Positions 48,906-58,201 of a DNA stretch of 64,000 nucleotides are shown one piece after another. The notes below the pieces were generated by a model, which worked only from the letters and a program-made list of their open reading frames with translations, was not told the DNA's origin and did no database searches. The position numbers and the translations under genes are program-made. The stretch comes from an uncultured virus (IMG/VR IMGVR_UViG_3300011871_000003) (lineage: Duplodnaviria; Heunggongvirae; Uroviricota; Caudoviricetes), in IMG/VR virus record IMGVR_UViG_3300011871_000003. One strand, given 5' to 3'. How positions within the stretch are numbered: the stretch's first letter is position 1; every line of letters starts with the position of its first letter.

Positions 48906-49913
48906 ATGATACTAACTAAAGATAAAATAAAAACAAAAACTAATCATAAAATAAATAGAGGATTGAAGAAAAGTATCCTATTAGCTTTTATGATTCCTTT
49001 TATTTTCACTACTGGATGGGAACTTTCCGTCGTTTCAAGCCAAGTAGTACAAGTAAATAACACAATAGAATATAAAACAAACTATTATAGTCAATTAGAA
49101 AACTATAAAACATTTAAGGCTAAAATAGATGAAGTTCCGTATACAGATAGTCAATTTAAAGAAGATTTAAGACTATTTGGAAATATGTATATGCAAGATG
49201 AAAATGCCACTTTTAATCATTTGTTTGGCGAGGATAAAGGATTAAATAGTATGCTACAAATGAAATATAGATATGCTGATGCTAATAAAACATTAGAAAG
49301 CATTGCTTATAATGCAAGGGGGTTATCAGCAAGTGAGGCAGTGAAAAAGAAATCAGTAATAGATTTGTACGAAGATCTAAAAATAAACGATAAAAAAGAT
49401 TTAGATAAGTTTAGAAATTCAGTATTAATGTTAAGTTCTAATGCTTCAGAGTTTGGTAGTGTATATGCTGGAAATGTTATTTTTAATAATTTAGGAAAAC
49501 TATTAACTGAAAAAGGATATGATCCAAGCACGTATTTTATAGATCAAAACGTATGGAAAGAATACAGACAAATAAAAAATCGTACTCAAGCTAATGACTT
49601 TTACGAAAATAAAATTATTGGTAATTACAATAAGCAAATAGAGCAGATGAAAGTATATTATAGAAATGGAGAAACTAAAAAGCTAAGAGAAATATTTAAA
49701 ATTGGTCATAGTTTTAGCCAATTACTCATTGATATTCCTTTAGAAAACAGAAATCGTGATATATATTCTGGAGGTGATAGTATATCTACATATAATAACT
49801 ATATCACTTTTGATCAAATCGTTCAGTTAAGTCAAAAATATGATGGTTTAAGGGGAGCAGAAACTAAAGAAAAAGATAAATATTATAATGATCATTTGGG
49901 AATTAAGTTTTGA
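48906..49913 (+). CDS. single-TM exported protein, MILTK family copy 3
   Basis: same motifs as copy 1. Confidence 0.75.
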   Translation: MILTKDKIKTKTNHKINRGLKKSILLAFMIPFIFTTGWELSVVSSQVVQVNNTIEYKTNYYSQLENYKTFKAKIDEVPYTDSQFKEDLRLFGNMYMQDENATFNHLFGEDKGLNSMLQMKYRYADANKTLESIAYNARGLSASEAVKKKSVIDLYEDLKINDKKDLDKFRNSVLMLSSNASEFGSVYAGNVIFNNLGKLLTEKGYDPSTYFIDQNVWKEYRQIKNRTQANDFYENKIIGNYNKQIEQMKVYYRNGETKKLREIFKIGHSFSQLLIDIPLENRNRDIYSGGDSISTYNNYITFDQIVQLSQKYDGLRGAETKEKDKYYNDHLGIKF

Positions 49914-50150
49914 TTATTTTTAAATAACATCTGCATTTAAAGAAGTAACGTGGTAAGAATTAAATATATTAAAATTTAAAAAGATATCTCGTGTTTGTAT
50001 TTATCAAAAGGGTTAGTATATTATTTTGTCATATTTTGATTGTATTCAATAAAAGAAGGTGGTATAGTAGGTTTTGAAGTGATTTTAAGGGCGTTCATGA
50101 AATCTGTTAGTTTTAAAAGCTTTACATACTCAATAACAGAGGAGTTATTT

Positions 50151-50375
50151 ATGAAAAAAGAATTATGCCCTTGGGAAAGTAGAGAGTTAGGATGTGATGA
50201 AAGATATGTTGAAGTAGTATCGCAAAAAGAAAAAAAAGAGATTGATAAAGCTTTAGGTATGGTGAACATAAGTGTTAGATTGCCAGAAGAAACATATCAA
50301 TATCTAATAAATGAAGCGGATAAAGCAGGATTAAATCTGCAAGCGTTTATTAGAAATAAATTGTCAAGTAAATGA
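50151..50375 (+). CDS. ribbon-helix-helix (CopG-like) DNA-binding protein
   Basis: WES.ELG.DE...ID.ALG...ISVRLP......L...A...GL..Q.FIR; GAGGAG RBS. Confidence 0.7.
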   Translation: MKKELCPWESRELGCDERYVEVVSQKEKKEIDKALGMVNISVRLPEETYQYLINEADKAGLNLQAFIRNKLSSK

Positions 50376-50394
50376 AATAAAGCCCTTCGGGGCT

Positions 50395-51132
50395 TTATTT
50401 TTTTAATCTTGCATTATCTATTCTTATTAAAGCTTTAGTAAAAAACTTAAGTTCTTGTTCTATTCCAATAAATTGTCTATCAAGATTAATAGCTGCTTCA
50501 CCAGTACTACCAGAACCCATGCAGTTATCAAGAACCACGTCTCCTTTATTAGTATAAGTTTTAATAAGGTATTCTAATAATGGAACAGGTTTTTCAGTAG
50601 GATGTAGTGTATTTCTTTGTACAGTGTTAAATTTAAGTATTTGTTTTGGATATCTAAAGCCAGTATTTTCATTTCTTTTGTTTTTGTATTTACCATAAGA
50701 TGCTGTCATAGATGATGAACCATTAATATCTTTTCCTGTTTTATTTTTATAAGGCTCACCTTTACTCATTTGAGGATTATAGGTAGGTTGTTTTTTATAA
50801 AATACAAGAATATCTTCCTTATTTCGTAATGGCTGTTTTTTAGCATTTAAATGGCCCGTAGCTTTTGTTTTTTCCCATACCCAATCATATTTAAAGTATT
50901 TTAAGTTAGAGCTGATAAGAAGCGATGTGAAAGGTTGCGCAGCAAAGAGAACGATAGCGCCTTTACTAATACGCATATATTGTTCCCATAATAAATCAAA
51001 AGGAATTATAGTGTCCCATTCATTTTGAGTTGTTCCATAAGGTAAATCACATAAAATAAGATCAATGCTTGCTGTTGGAATAGTTTCCATGATTTTTAAG
51101 CAATCATCATGATATAGTTTGACAGTTTTCAA
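50395..51132 (-). CDS. site-specific DNA methyltransferase (N6-A/N4-C, beta class)
   Basis: DLPY catalytic motif, HPTEKP, DNCMGSGSTG SAM-binding motif. Confidence 0.92.
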   Translation of the reverse strand: MKTVKLYHDDCLKIMETIPTASIDLILCDLPYGTTQNEWDTIIPFDLLWEQYMRISKGAIVLFAAQPFTSLLISSNLKYFKYDWVWEKTKATGHLNAKKQPLRNKEDILVFYKKQPTYNPQMSKGEPYKNKTGKDINGSSSMTASYGKYKNKRNENTGFRYPKQILKFNTVQRNTLHPTEKPVPLLEYLIKTYTNKGDVVLDNCMGSGSTGEAAINLDRQFIGIEQELKFFTKALIRIDNARLKK

Positions 51133-51298
51133 TTAAAGATTCCTTGCTTTGTTTTTATTATAATTAATCATATCAAAGGTATCAAGTAACACAATAAAAT
51201 AACTTTGTTTTCTATAAAAAAATAAGTCAATATTTTTGAACAATAAAAGTAGTATGTGATTATGTTGCATCTTATTATGAAAATTATTCAAAAATATC

Positions 51299-51362
51299 GT
51301 AAAACCACTTCCTTAGAAAACGATGGAACTGTTTTCATGATTTAGGTGGTGGAGTTGTCAAA
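51299..51362. mobile_element. IS200/IS605-family end-like hairpin (orphan)
   Basis: GTAAAACCACTTCC...TTTAGGTGGTGGAGTTGTCAA stem with inserted GAAAAC/GTTTTC hairpin; no transposase nearby. Confidence 0.45.
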
Positions 51363-51479
51363 CATGTGTAGGTGGAGTTGAGCATGATTTTACGGCAAGT
51401 TAAAAATTTTATATAAAATTGATTGTTTTTTATATGGATAAAGGTTATGATGGAAGCATAAAATTTTCGAGGAAAAGAA

Positions 51480-52622
51480 ATGTCTAAGCTAACAAAAGCT
51501 GAAAAAATCATTAAAGCAGAGCAAGAGCTTGCAATGCTTTCTCATCATGGAAAAAAACTTAAGGAAAAAGAAAAAGAAGTATCTCCTATAGAGCATGATT
51601 TCCCTAATGAAATTTTGGTAAAATGCATACGTCCTGTATGTGATTTTAAGTTAAAAACCCGCTCATCTGACCGTATCAAGCAACGTCTTGAAATGGTTAA
51701 GCATTTGTTTGTAAAATATCCAGTTCCTAAAATTTTAGAGCAGGTTTGGTATAAACAAGAAAATAATCGTCCATATCCATATGGTGGAAATAACCATAAT
51801 AAGAAAATCATCAGAACAGAATGTCATGATTGGTATATTTGTGCAGGAACAGGTGGTTCTCTTCATAAAGAATACCTAAAAGAATTTATGACTAAAAAAG
51901 AAACGCATGTTTTCATGGCATGTATAAAACCATTGACTATTAATGAAGCTATTTACTATGCTACAGCTATATGTGCTGGTGCTAGTGATGGTATTGCTTT
52001 CCGTATTGCTCGTTCTAAGCTTGGTAAGAAACCTAAAGATAACGTATTCTGGAGAGATTGCGCTCGTTTCTTCTCAACGAATATTCCAGAAAGTATTGAG
52101 CAGCTCGATGATATTTTAGATTTTTTGGAAAGTAAGAAAAATGAAAATAGAGACTTTTCTATTTTTGGTCAAGGTTTCACTATTAAGACTCTATTGGAAA
52201 GGGTTAAAGATTGGCACTATGAGCTTCGTCGCATCAAGGAGCATTCTGGTTATTCTTGGAAGGGGTTTGATATTCCTAATGGAGAATATATTCGTAAAGA
52301 TGAAAAAGGAAATGAGGTGGTTTGGACTATTACTCAAATTCTGCAAGGTAAAGCCTTAGCAGAAGAAGGTAATAAAATGCACCATTGTGTTTATAGCTAT
52401 CGTGCCAAATGTATCAATAATAGTTGTTCTATTTGGTCATTAAAAGTACGTCCTAATACTCCTTGGGGGTATGCGGAAGAAAAAAGAGTTGCCACTATTG
52501 AAGTGGGGAGTTCTTATACTATAGTGCAAGCAAGAGGTTTTGCTAACAGATCTTTAAAACCTCATGAAGCAAATATTCTCTCAATTTGGTGTCGTGAAAA
52601 CGGCATTGGTTATTATAAATAA
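51480..52622 (+). CDS. PcfJ-like domain protein
   Basis: V.DWH, LAEEGNKMHHCVYSY, SIWSL, TIEV, QARGFANR. Confidence 0.85.
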   Translation: MSKLTKAEKIIKAEQELAMLSHHGKKLKEKEKEVSPIEHDFPNEILVKCIRPVCDFKLKTRSSDRIKQRLEMVKHLFVKYPVPKILEQVWYKQENNRPYPYGGNNHNKKIIRTECHDWYICAGTGGSLHKEYLKEFMTKKETHVFMACIKPLTINEAIYYATAICAGASDGIAFRIARSKLGKKPKDNVFWRDCARFFSTNIPESIEQLDDILDFLESKKNENRDFSIFGQGFTIKTLLERVKDWHYELRRIKEHSGYSWKGFDIPNGEYIRKDEKGNEVVWTITQILQGKALAEEGNKMHHCVYSYRAKCINNSCSIWSLKVRPNTPWGYAEEKRVATIEVGSSYTIVQARGFANRSLKPHEANILSIWCRENGIGYYK

Positions 52623-52644
52623 ATATAAAAAAATAAGGGTAAGA

Positions 52645-53400
52645 ATGAAAATTTTAAAATGGATGTTAGTTGGATGTTTGGCAAGTTTTACAATGTTTTC
52701 TCAGGCTAAAGATGTATCGGTTGTTTTAATGTATCATCAAATTGCACATTATAAAAATGACATGAATACAACACCTGAGTTGTTTAAGCAGCAAATGGAG
52801 TATCTTTACGAAAATAATTATAATGTTGTTCCTGCGATGGATTTAGTAGAAGCAATAACAAAAAAGAAAGCTTTGCCACCTAAAAGTGTAATAATTACAT
52901 TTGATGATGGTTGGGCTACACAAAAAGCAGCGATGGAAGTATTAAAAAAATATAATTATCCAGCAATGTTTGCCTTAATAACAGAATATCAGACGTTTAA
53001 AAATAGGACATATTTGCAAAGGGATGATATAGAGAAATATGGAGCAGATAACTTTACATTTGTTAATCATTCGCACACCCATTTTGTTAAAGATTTTCTT
53101 GGGTTCCCGGAACATGATGTAGAAACAAGTAAAGCTCAAATAATAAGAACTACTGGAAAATTCGTTCCTATTTATGTTTATCCGTATGGGAAAAAGAATA
53201 AAGAGTTAATTGAAGCTTTAAAGAAAAATGGTTATATTGCTGGATTCGGTGTTTATAGTTATCCAGTTAATGTTAAAACAGCTAATATATTTAATATAAA
53301 TCGTTACCTAATGAATGATAAGGTTGATTTAGAAAGGTTTAAGCAAATAGTATCTCAAACAGATCCAATAAAAAAGGAGCAGAAAAATGCGACACTTTAA
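52645..53400 (+). CDS. exported polysaccharide deacetylase (CE4, PgaB/IcaB-like)
   Basis: signal peptide SQA|K, VLMYH, ITFDDGW, NHSHTH, YPYG; start set at MKILK. Confidence 0.88.
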   Translation: MKILKWMLVGCLASFTMFSQAKDVSVVLMYHQIAHYKNDMNTTPELFKQQMEYLYENNYNVVPAMDLVEAITKKKALPPKSVIITFDDGWATQKAAMEVLKKYNYPAMFALITEYQTFKNRTYLQRDDIEKYGADNFTFVNHSHTHFVKDFLGFPEHDVETSKAQIIRTTGKFVPIYVYPYGKKNKELIEALKKNGYIAGFGVYSYPVNVKTANIFNINRYLMNDKVDLERFKQIVSQTDPIKKEQKNATL

Positions 53401-53730
53401 AGATGATAATGAAAAAGTAGAAGATGAGGATTTTCCTATGATTGGTTTACATTCTCAAAGAAATGAAGATTATTCTGGTGTCTATGATCATCTTTTAGAG
53501 AAAAATAGTAAAAATGTGGAGATAAATAATGCATTGGATATTAGAAAAGCTGACAGATAATATAGATAAATCTGGTCAAGATAAAGCATTAATAGCATTA
53601 GTCGATATATTAGTATCTAGTGCAGATACTTTATAAAAAAGTTTTACTGTATAAATAAAAAGCGGCAATGCCGCTTTTTTATATTTAAGTAAAAAATATT
53701 AATCATAGTAACAGGCTCATGGAGCCGTCA

Positions 53731-54282
53731 TTAAGACTTTTCCTTAAAAAGCCTGAACATTTTCAAAACTTGTTCATCATCAACACTTTTTCTAAGAATA
53801 TTTGATATTTCTATAAGAACTTCACGATCTTTTAAATCACGATCAGAATAATAAGGCATAAACTCATCGGAACGAGCGATGAAAATTTCATGACTATCTA
53901 CATCCTGAACAGTGTAAACTGTTTTATTGAAAATATCTTTAGTTTTCCCAAGAATGACAACATTAATATCAGAATCTAAAGCACAAACTTGACCAACTTG
54001 AGGTCTTCCTTCACCATCCCAAGAATTTTGTTTTTGATTAATCCTAGCTGCTTCAACGATAAACTTATGTTTTGACTTAAACATATGCTCATTAAAGTGT
54101 CCTTCATTATATGGATGAGCCGCTTTAGAATAACGAGTAAGAGGTTCAGGATTTGCTGTATCTGTAAAATATTTACTTCCATTAAAGCTAACAAGATGAG
54201 TTGCCCAATCAGGTGCTTTTTCAAACATTTCTACTGTGCCAACCGTAATTAAATGAGTGCAAATTAGTTTAATATTTGTCAT
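53731..54282 (-). CDS. phage-type hypothetical protein
   Basis: APDWATH and WDGEGRPQVGQVC motifs. Confidence 0.7.
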   Translation of the reverse strand: MTNIKLICTHLITVGTVEMFEKAPDWATHLVSFNGSKYFTDTANPEPLTRYSKAAHPYNEGHFNEHMFKSKHKFIVEAARINQKQNSWDGEGRPQVGQVCALDSDINVVILGKTKDIFNKTVYTVQDVDSHEIFIARSDEFMPYYSDRDLKDREVLIEISNILRKSVDDEQVLKMFRLFKEKS

Positions 54283-54467
54283 CTTTTTCTCCTATTGTTT
54301 TAAGTATTTTACCATATTTTTATATAAAAAAGCTAGTTTTATACTACTTTTCATTAATTTAAATTATCACTAAAAACAAAGAGTTAATACGATAAAAAAG
54401 TATAGTAAAGCATTTTAAAAACTGCTATAATGTTTCAATATTTTATAGACAATAATAAGGAATCCAG

Positions 54468-55928
54468 ATGAATAAAGTTAACTATACAGAAATAGCTATT
54501 AATAAAAATAAAGATTTCTGTGAAGATGTAAAAAAAGCGACGATTAAATTTTTTGAATCGGATCATCTATTATTCCCCCTTCATAAAGATGAGATTAGGG
54601 AAGTAAAATATATTCGCTTACCTGAAAATGACTATTTTTATATTTTTGAGAAAAAAGGAAAAGTGATCAATGTATATTGGGAAATGATTCATGATTTTGA
54701 AAAAGATAAAAAAGATCTTGACCATCTTTATTATGGTATTCAATGTATGAAAGAAAAGAAGGATGAGATTTATTCTTTTGAAAAAGTGATGACGATTAAT
54801 CTTTTTGAACAAGAACATAGTGTTGAAGATATTCTTGAACAATTTAATATTATGTTGACTAAATTTGAAGAAGAAAATAATCAAGAAATGATAAAAAAAG
54901 TAAAACAAGTCATTGAGTATACAAAAACGAATAGTGAAGATTTTCTCTCTAATGCTTTACTTACAAGTTCGAGTATTGATGCTATCTTAAATTATAACAA
55001 ATTGTTATCTAAATATGTGGGTATGAAAGAATATTCTCATGATTTTTATTTATCCTTAGCTGATGAGCCAACAAAGATTAGTGCTAAATATCTGAGTGAT
55101 TGGATTGTAAAGAAAAATTATTTGAAAAAAATGTGCGATGCTCATGGGTTTACAAAAGAGAATAGGTTTGAATTTAATGATTTAGATAATCATGTGTGGG
55201 TTCAGGATGGTAATTTATTTCTTGATGATCAAAACTGTACTTTTTATTTTAAAGGAAATGATGATAACAACTTCACTGTTTATTTCCTTCATACTGAATA
55301 TAGTTCTGTTGAAGATGAAATGGCTAAGTTAAATAATCATTTGAATGATAAAAAAGATGTATTTTTCGAACATACTGTTCTTCTTGTTAAAGACGGAAAA
55401 GTAATTTATGCCTCTGATAGTTCATTGATGTATGTATTTAAATTAGATATCAGATATTCAGTAGAAGCTATGAGAAATAAAGGGTTAGAAGAGGTAAAAT
55501 ATGATAAAGATATTTATAGCTATGAATATCAAAGAGACTATTTCTATACTCAATATGGTATGAATGAATTAAGTTTTCTTATGCATACCTTCCTCACTTT
55601 AGGTGGTGGTGCTGATTATAATAGCGAAAAAGGTTGTTTTGAATATAGTGATATTGGATATTTAGAAACTTTAAGGAAAGAAGAAAATAGTCGTATAAAT
55701 AAAAAAACATCACATAAAATAGTTTATCAGCCAGAATTCATTAGTATTGAAAAAGTTGAGAAATTGAATAAAGATTGGTTCGATGCCTTTAAGTATTTTG
55801 TTAAAATGTTTAAAGAAAATGAATATTATTCAGTATTTTATGAAGACAAAGATAAAGCTATATCATCTAGACAATTAGCATTAGATAAATTGAAAATGAT
55901 TGAAAATAACATACAGATGATAGGATAA
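54468..55928 (+). CDS. hypothetical protein, FNDLDNHVW family copy 1
   Basis: FNDLDNHVW...LDDQNCT, LLVKDGKVIYA, GGG.DY motifs. Confidence 0.75.
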   Translation: MNKVNYTEIAINKNKDFCEDVKKATIKFFESDHLLFPLHKDEIREVKYIRLPENDYFYIFEKKGKVINVYWEMIHDFEKDKKDLDHLYYGIQCMKEKKDEIYSFEKVMTINLFEQEHSVEDILEQFNIMLTKFEEENNQEMIKKVKQVIEYTKTNSEDFLSNALLTSSSIDAILNYNKLLSKYVGMKEYSHDFYLSLADEPTKISAKYLSDWIVKKNYLKKMCDAHGFTKENRFEFNDLDNHVWVQDGNLFLDDQNCTFYFKGNDDNNFTVYFLHTEYSSVEDEMAKLNNHLNDKKDVFFEHTVLLVKDGKVIYASDSSLMYVFKLDIRYSVEAMRNKGLEEVKYDKDIYSYEYQRDYFYTQYGMNELSFLMHTFLTLGGGADYNSEKGCFEYSDIGYLETLRKEENSRINKKTSHKIVYQPEFISIEKVEKLNKDWFDAFKYFVKMFKENEYYSVFYEDKDKAISSRQLALDKLKMIENNIQMIG

Positions 55929-56016
55929 AAAATAATCCAAGGATGGATTTTAAAACTTGTGCATGATGTGTATGTTTGTTATAATAGCTCTACTGTAAAC
56001 AAGAGAGCTTAAAAAC

Positions 56017-56466
56017 ATGTTAAATGTACAAGTTTTTTCTAAATCATTAAAAATGACATTTAAAGGCGAAGTAAAAGAAGCATATGAGTTATATGATGAT
56101 TTATTTAACGAAAATGTTCCTTACTTTGATGCTTCGTTTAATGGTGAAAACTTGTATTTTGCTGTCATTGATGGCGAAAAAGCTATTGGGCTACTCTGCC
56201 TTTCATATTACGAAAAAGGATGGAGTGGATATCCTGATTGCCAATGGGCAATGATGAATATTGGTGTCGATCCATCATTTAGAGGTCGTGGAATTGCAAG
56301 AGTATTGATTGAAAAAATGTTCTCTTTTTGTGATGAAAATAATATCTCTGGTATTTGCCAATCTTCATATAGTGAGGATGGTATTAAATATATTGAACCT
56401 ATTTTTTCATCCGAATCAAAAAAATACTCTAAAGTGATTTTTAAGGATAAAAAACAAGTAAACTGA
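56017..56466 (+). CDS. GNAT acetyltransferase
   Basis: IGVDPSFRGRGIARVLI; promoter TTGTGC 55957-N17-TATAAT. Confidence 0.85.
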   Translation: MLNVQVFSKSLKMTFKGEVKEAYELYDDLFNENVPYFDASFNGENLYFAVIDGEKAIGLLCLSYYEKGWSGYPDCQWAMMNIGVDPSFRGRGIARVLIEKMFSFCDENNISGICQSSYSEDGIKYIEPIFSSESKKYSKVIFKDKKQVN

Positions 56467-56478
56467 AAAGAGGTTTGT

Positions 56479-56640
56479 ATGGCTAATTGGAAATCTCCAC
56501 ATCAAGAACTACCAGAAGAGAATGTAACAGTAAAAACGATTTCTCCTCATGGAGAAGAAGCTGAATTATATCGAATCGGAAATCTTTGGTTTTCTGGTAC
56601 AAGTTATGTTTACTATACTCCAGATAAATGGAAGTATTAA
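56479..56640 (+). CDS. small phage-type protein (53 aa), DUF551-like
   Basis: not in ORF track; W......LP....V N-terminus and P..W C-terminus; GAGG RBS. Confidence 0.6.
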   Translation: MANWKSPHQELPEENVTVKTISPHGEEAELYRIGNLWFSGTSYVYYTPDKWKY

Positions 56641-56721
56641 AGACACCTTCGGGTGGATTTTGTTGTTACTCATAAAGGTCTAAGATATAATAGAAAAAAT
56701 ATAAACGTTAAGGAACTTATA

Positions 56722-58164
56722 ATGTCAGAAACTCATTTTATTCAAAATGCTATCAATAAAGAAAAATCATTCAGAGATGATATGATTAGTTCTCTCTATA
56801 CTCTTTTTGACAAATCTCTCATGACAAATCTTTATTCTGACGAAATCAGAGAAGTTAAATATTTTGATACTACTGACTTTATCTATGTTCTGGAAAAGTT
56901 AAATAAAGGGAATGCTATTAAAGCTTATATGGTTCGTCATAAACAAGATGATAAAGACGAGACTGTAGAATACTTGTTAAGTTATGGATTGAGTAATCTG
57001 AAAGCTAAGGAAAATAAAATTTATGGTTTCCCATTGGTAATCAGCAATCAGAGAACAACTCACAATTTTTTCTCTGATGAAATGATAAACCTCATGGAGG
57101 CTTTCGTTAACAAACTTGAACAAGAAGGTAAAGATTCAGCAGATGTAGAAAAAATGCTTGAAAACTTTACAGAAATGAAAAAACAAGAAACATCAAAAGA
57201 TGTTGAGGTCTGTTATTATCTTTATAAACTTGTATGTCTTAACAAATTTTTAAATACCATGACTGGAATGAAATTGTATAGTGATGATTTCTTCAAAGAG
57301 TTAATGGTTGAAGCAAAAAATGAAGTATCTAAACATTTAGAAGATATAAAAGTAAAAAGGGCGTTTTTCCAATCTATTTGTAAAAAAGAGAAGTTTACAA
57401 GAGAACAACCATTTACTTTTAATGATCTAGATAATCATGTTTGGATGGAAGATGATGTATTAGTATTAGACGATCAAGGCTGCACATTATTCTTTGTAGG
57501 TGATAAAGATAATTTTACTGTATATTATCTTGAAACTATTCATATTGAAGAAAGTAAAGAAGAAGCACGATTTAAGGCAGCATTAAAAAATAACAGTGTA
57601 GATTTTTTCAAACACGCTATTCTTGTTGTTAAAGATGGAGAGGTTGAGTATGCTGATGGTGGTCTTCCTATGAATGTATTTCTTTCAGATATTGAAAGCT
57701 CTTCTTACGTTATGGTAGAAGAAGGTCTTGGATCTCCTGATTATAAAACCGATATAACAGAATATGATTATCAAAGAAAATATTTTTTCACAAAGTATAA
57801 AACAAAAGAAAATGATTTTATATTCCATACGTTTTTATTAATTGGGGCAGGTCAAAGTTATAATCAAGAAACAGGTAATATTTGTTATAGAGATGTTTCT
57901 TATATTGAAGATTTGGAGACAGAGAAGGGAATAGATAATAAATTCGATGACAAAGTTTATACTCTATCTGGTGCAAAATTTATGTTAGATAAAATAACAT
58001 ATTTAAACACTGAATGGTTAAATGCTTTTGAGAAATTAGTTAAAATATTTAATGAGAATGAAGTATTATCTCAAGCTTTTAATGATGATAAAGAAAGGCA
58101 GAAAAATGAATATACCTCAATGGTAAAATACTTAAATAAGAAATTAAAAGCTCTTAAAAAATAA
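56722..58164 (+). CDS. hypothetical protein, FNDLDNHVW family copy 2
   Basis: start set at MSETH (AAGGA RBS); motifs shared with 54468. Confidence 0.75.
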   Translation: MSETHFIQNAINKEKSFRDDMISSLYTLFDKSLMTNLYSDEIREVKYFDTTDFIYVLEKLNKGNAIKAYMVRHKQDDKDETVEYLLSYGLSNLKAKENKIYGFPLVISNQRTTHNFFSDEMINLMEAFVNKLEQEGKDSADVEKMLENFTEMKKQETSKDVEVCYYLYKLVCLNKFLNTMTGMKLYSDDFFKELMVEAKNEVSKHLEDIKVKRAFFQSICKKEKFTREQPFTFNDLDNHVWMEDDVLVLDDQGCTLFFVGDKDNFTVYYLETIHIEESKEEARFKAALKNNSVDFFKHAILVVKDGEVEYADGGLPMNVFLSDIESSSYVMVEEGLGSPDYKTDITEYDYQRKYFFTKYKTKENDFIFHTFLLIGAGQSYNQETGNICYRDVSYIEDLETEKGIDNKFDDKVYTLSGAKFMLDKITYLNTEWLNAFEKLVKIFNENEVLSQAFNDDKERQKNEYTSMVKYLNKKLKALKK

Positions 58165-58201
58165 AATGGTATAAATTGGGTTCACGGAACAGAGGATAAA
58201 A

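Noticed and set aside
50151..51132. Restriction-modification or toxin-antitoxin module around the methylase and RHH gene
   Set aside because: No endonuclease or toxin ORF adjacent; the genes are convergent and share a terminator; treated as an orphan methylase and a lone regulator.
53646..53663. LexA box-like CTGTATAAATAAAAAG
   Set aside because: Right half mismatched (AAAG not ACAG), overlaps a terminator between convergent genes, not in a promoter position.
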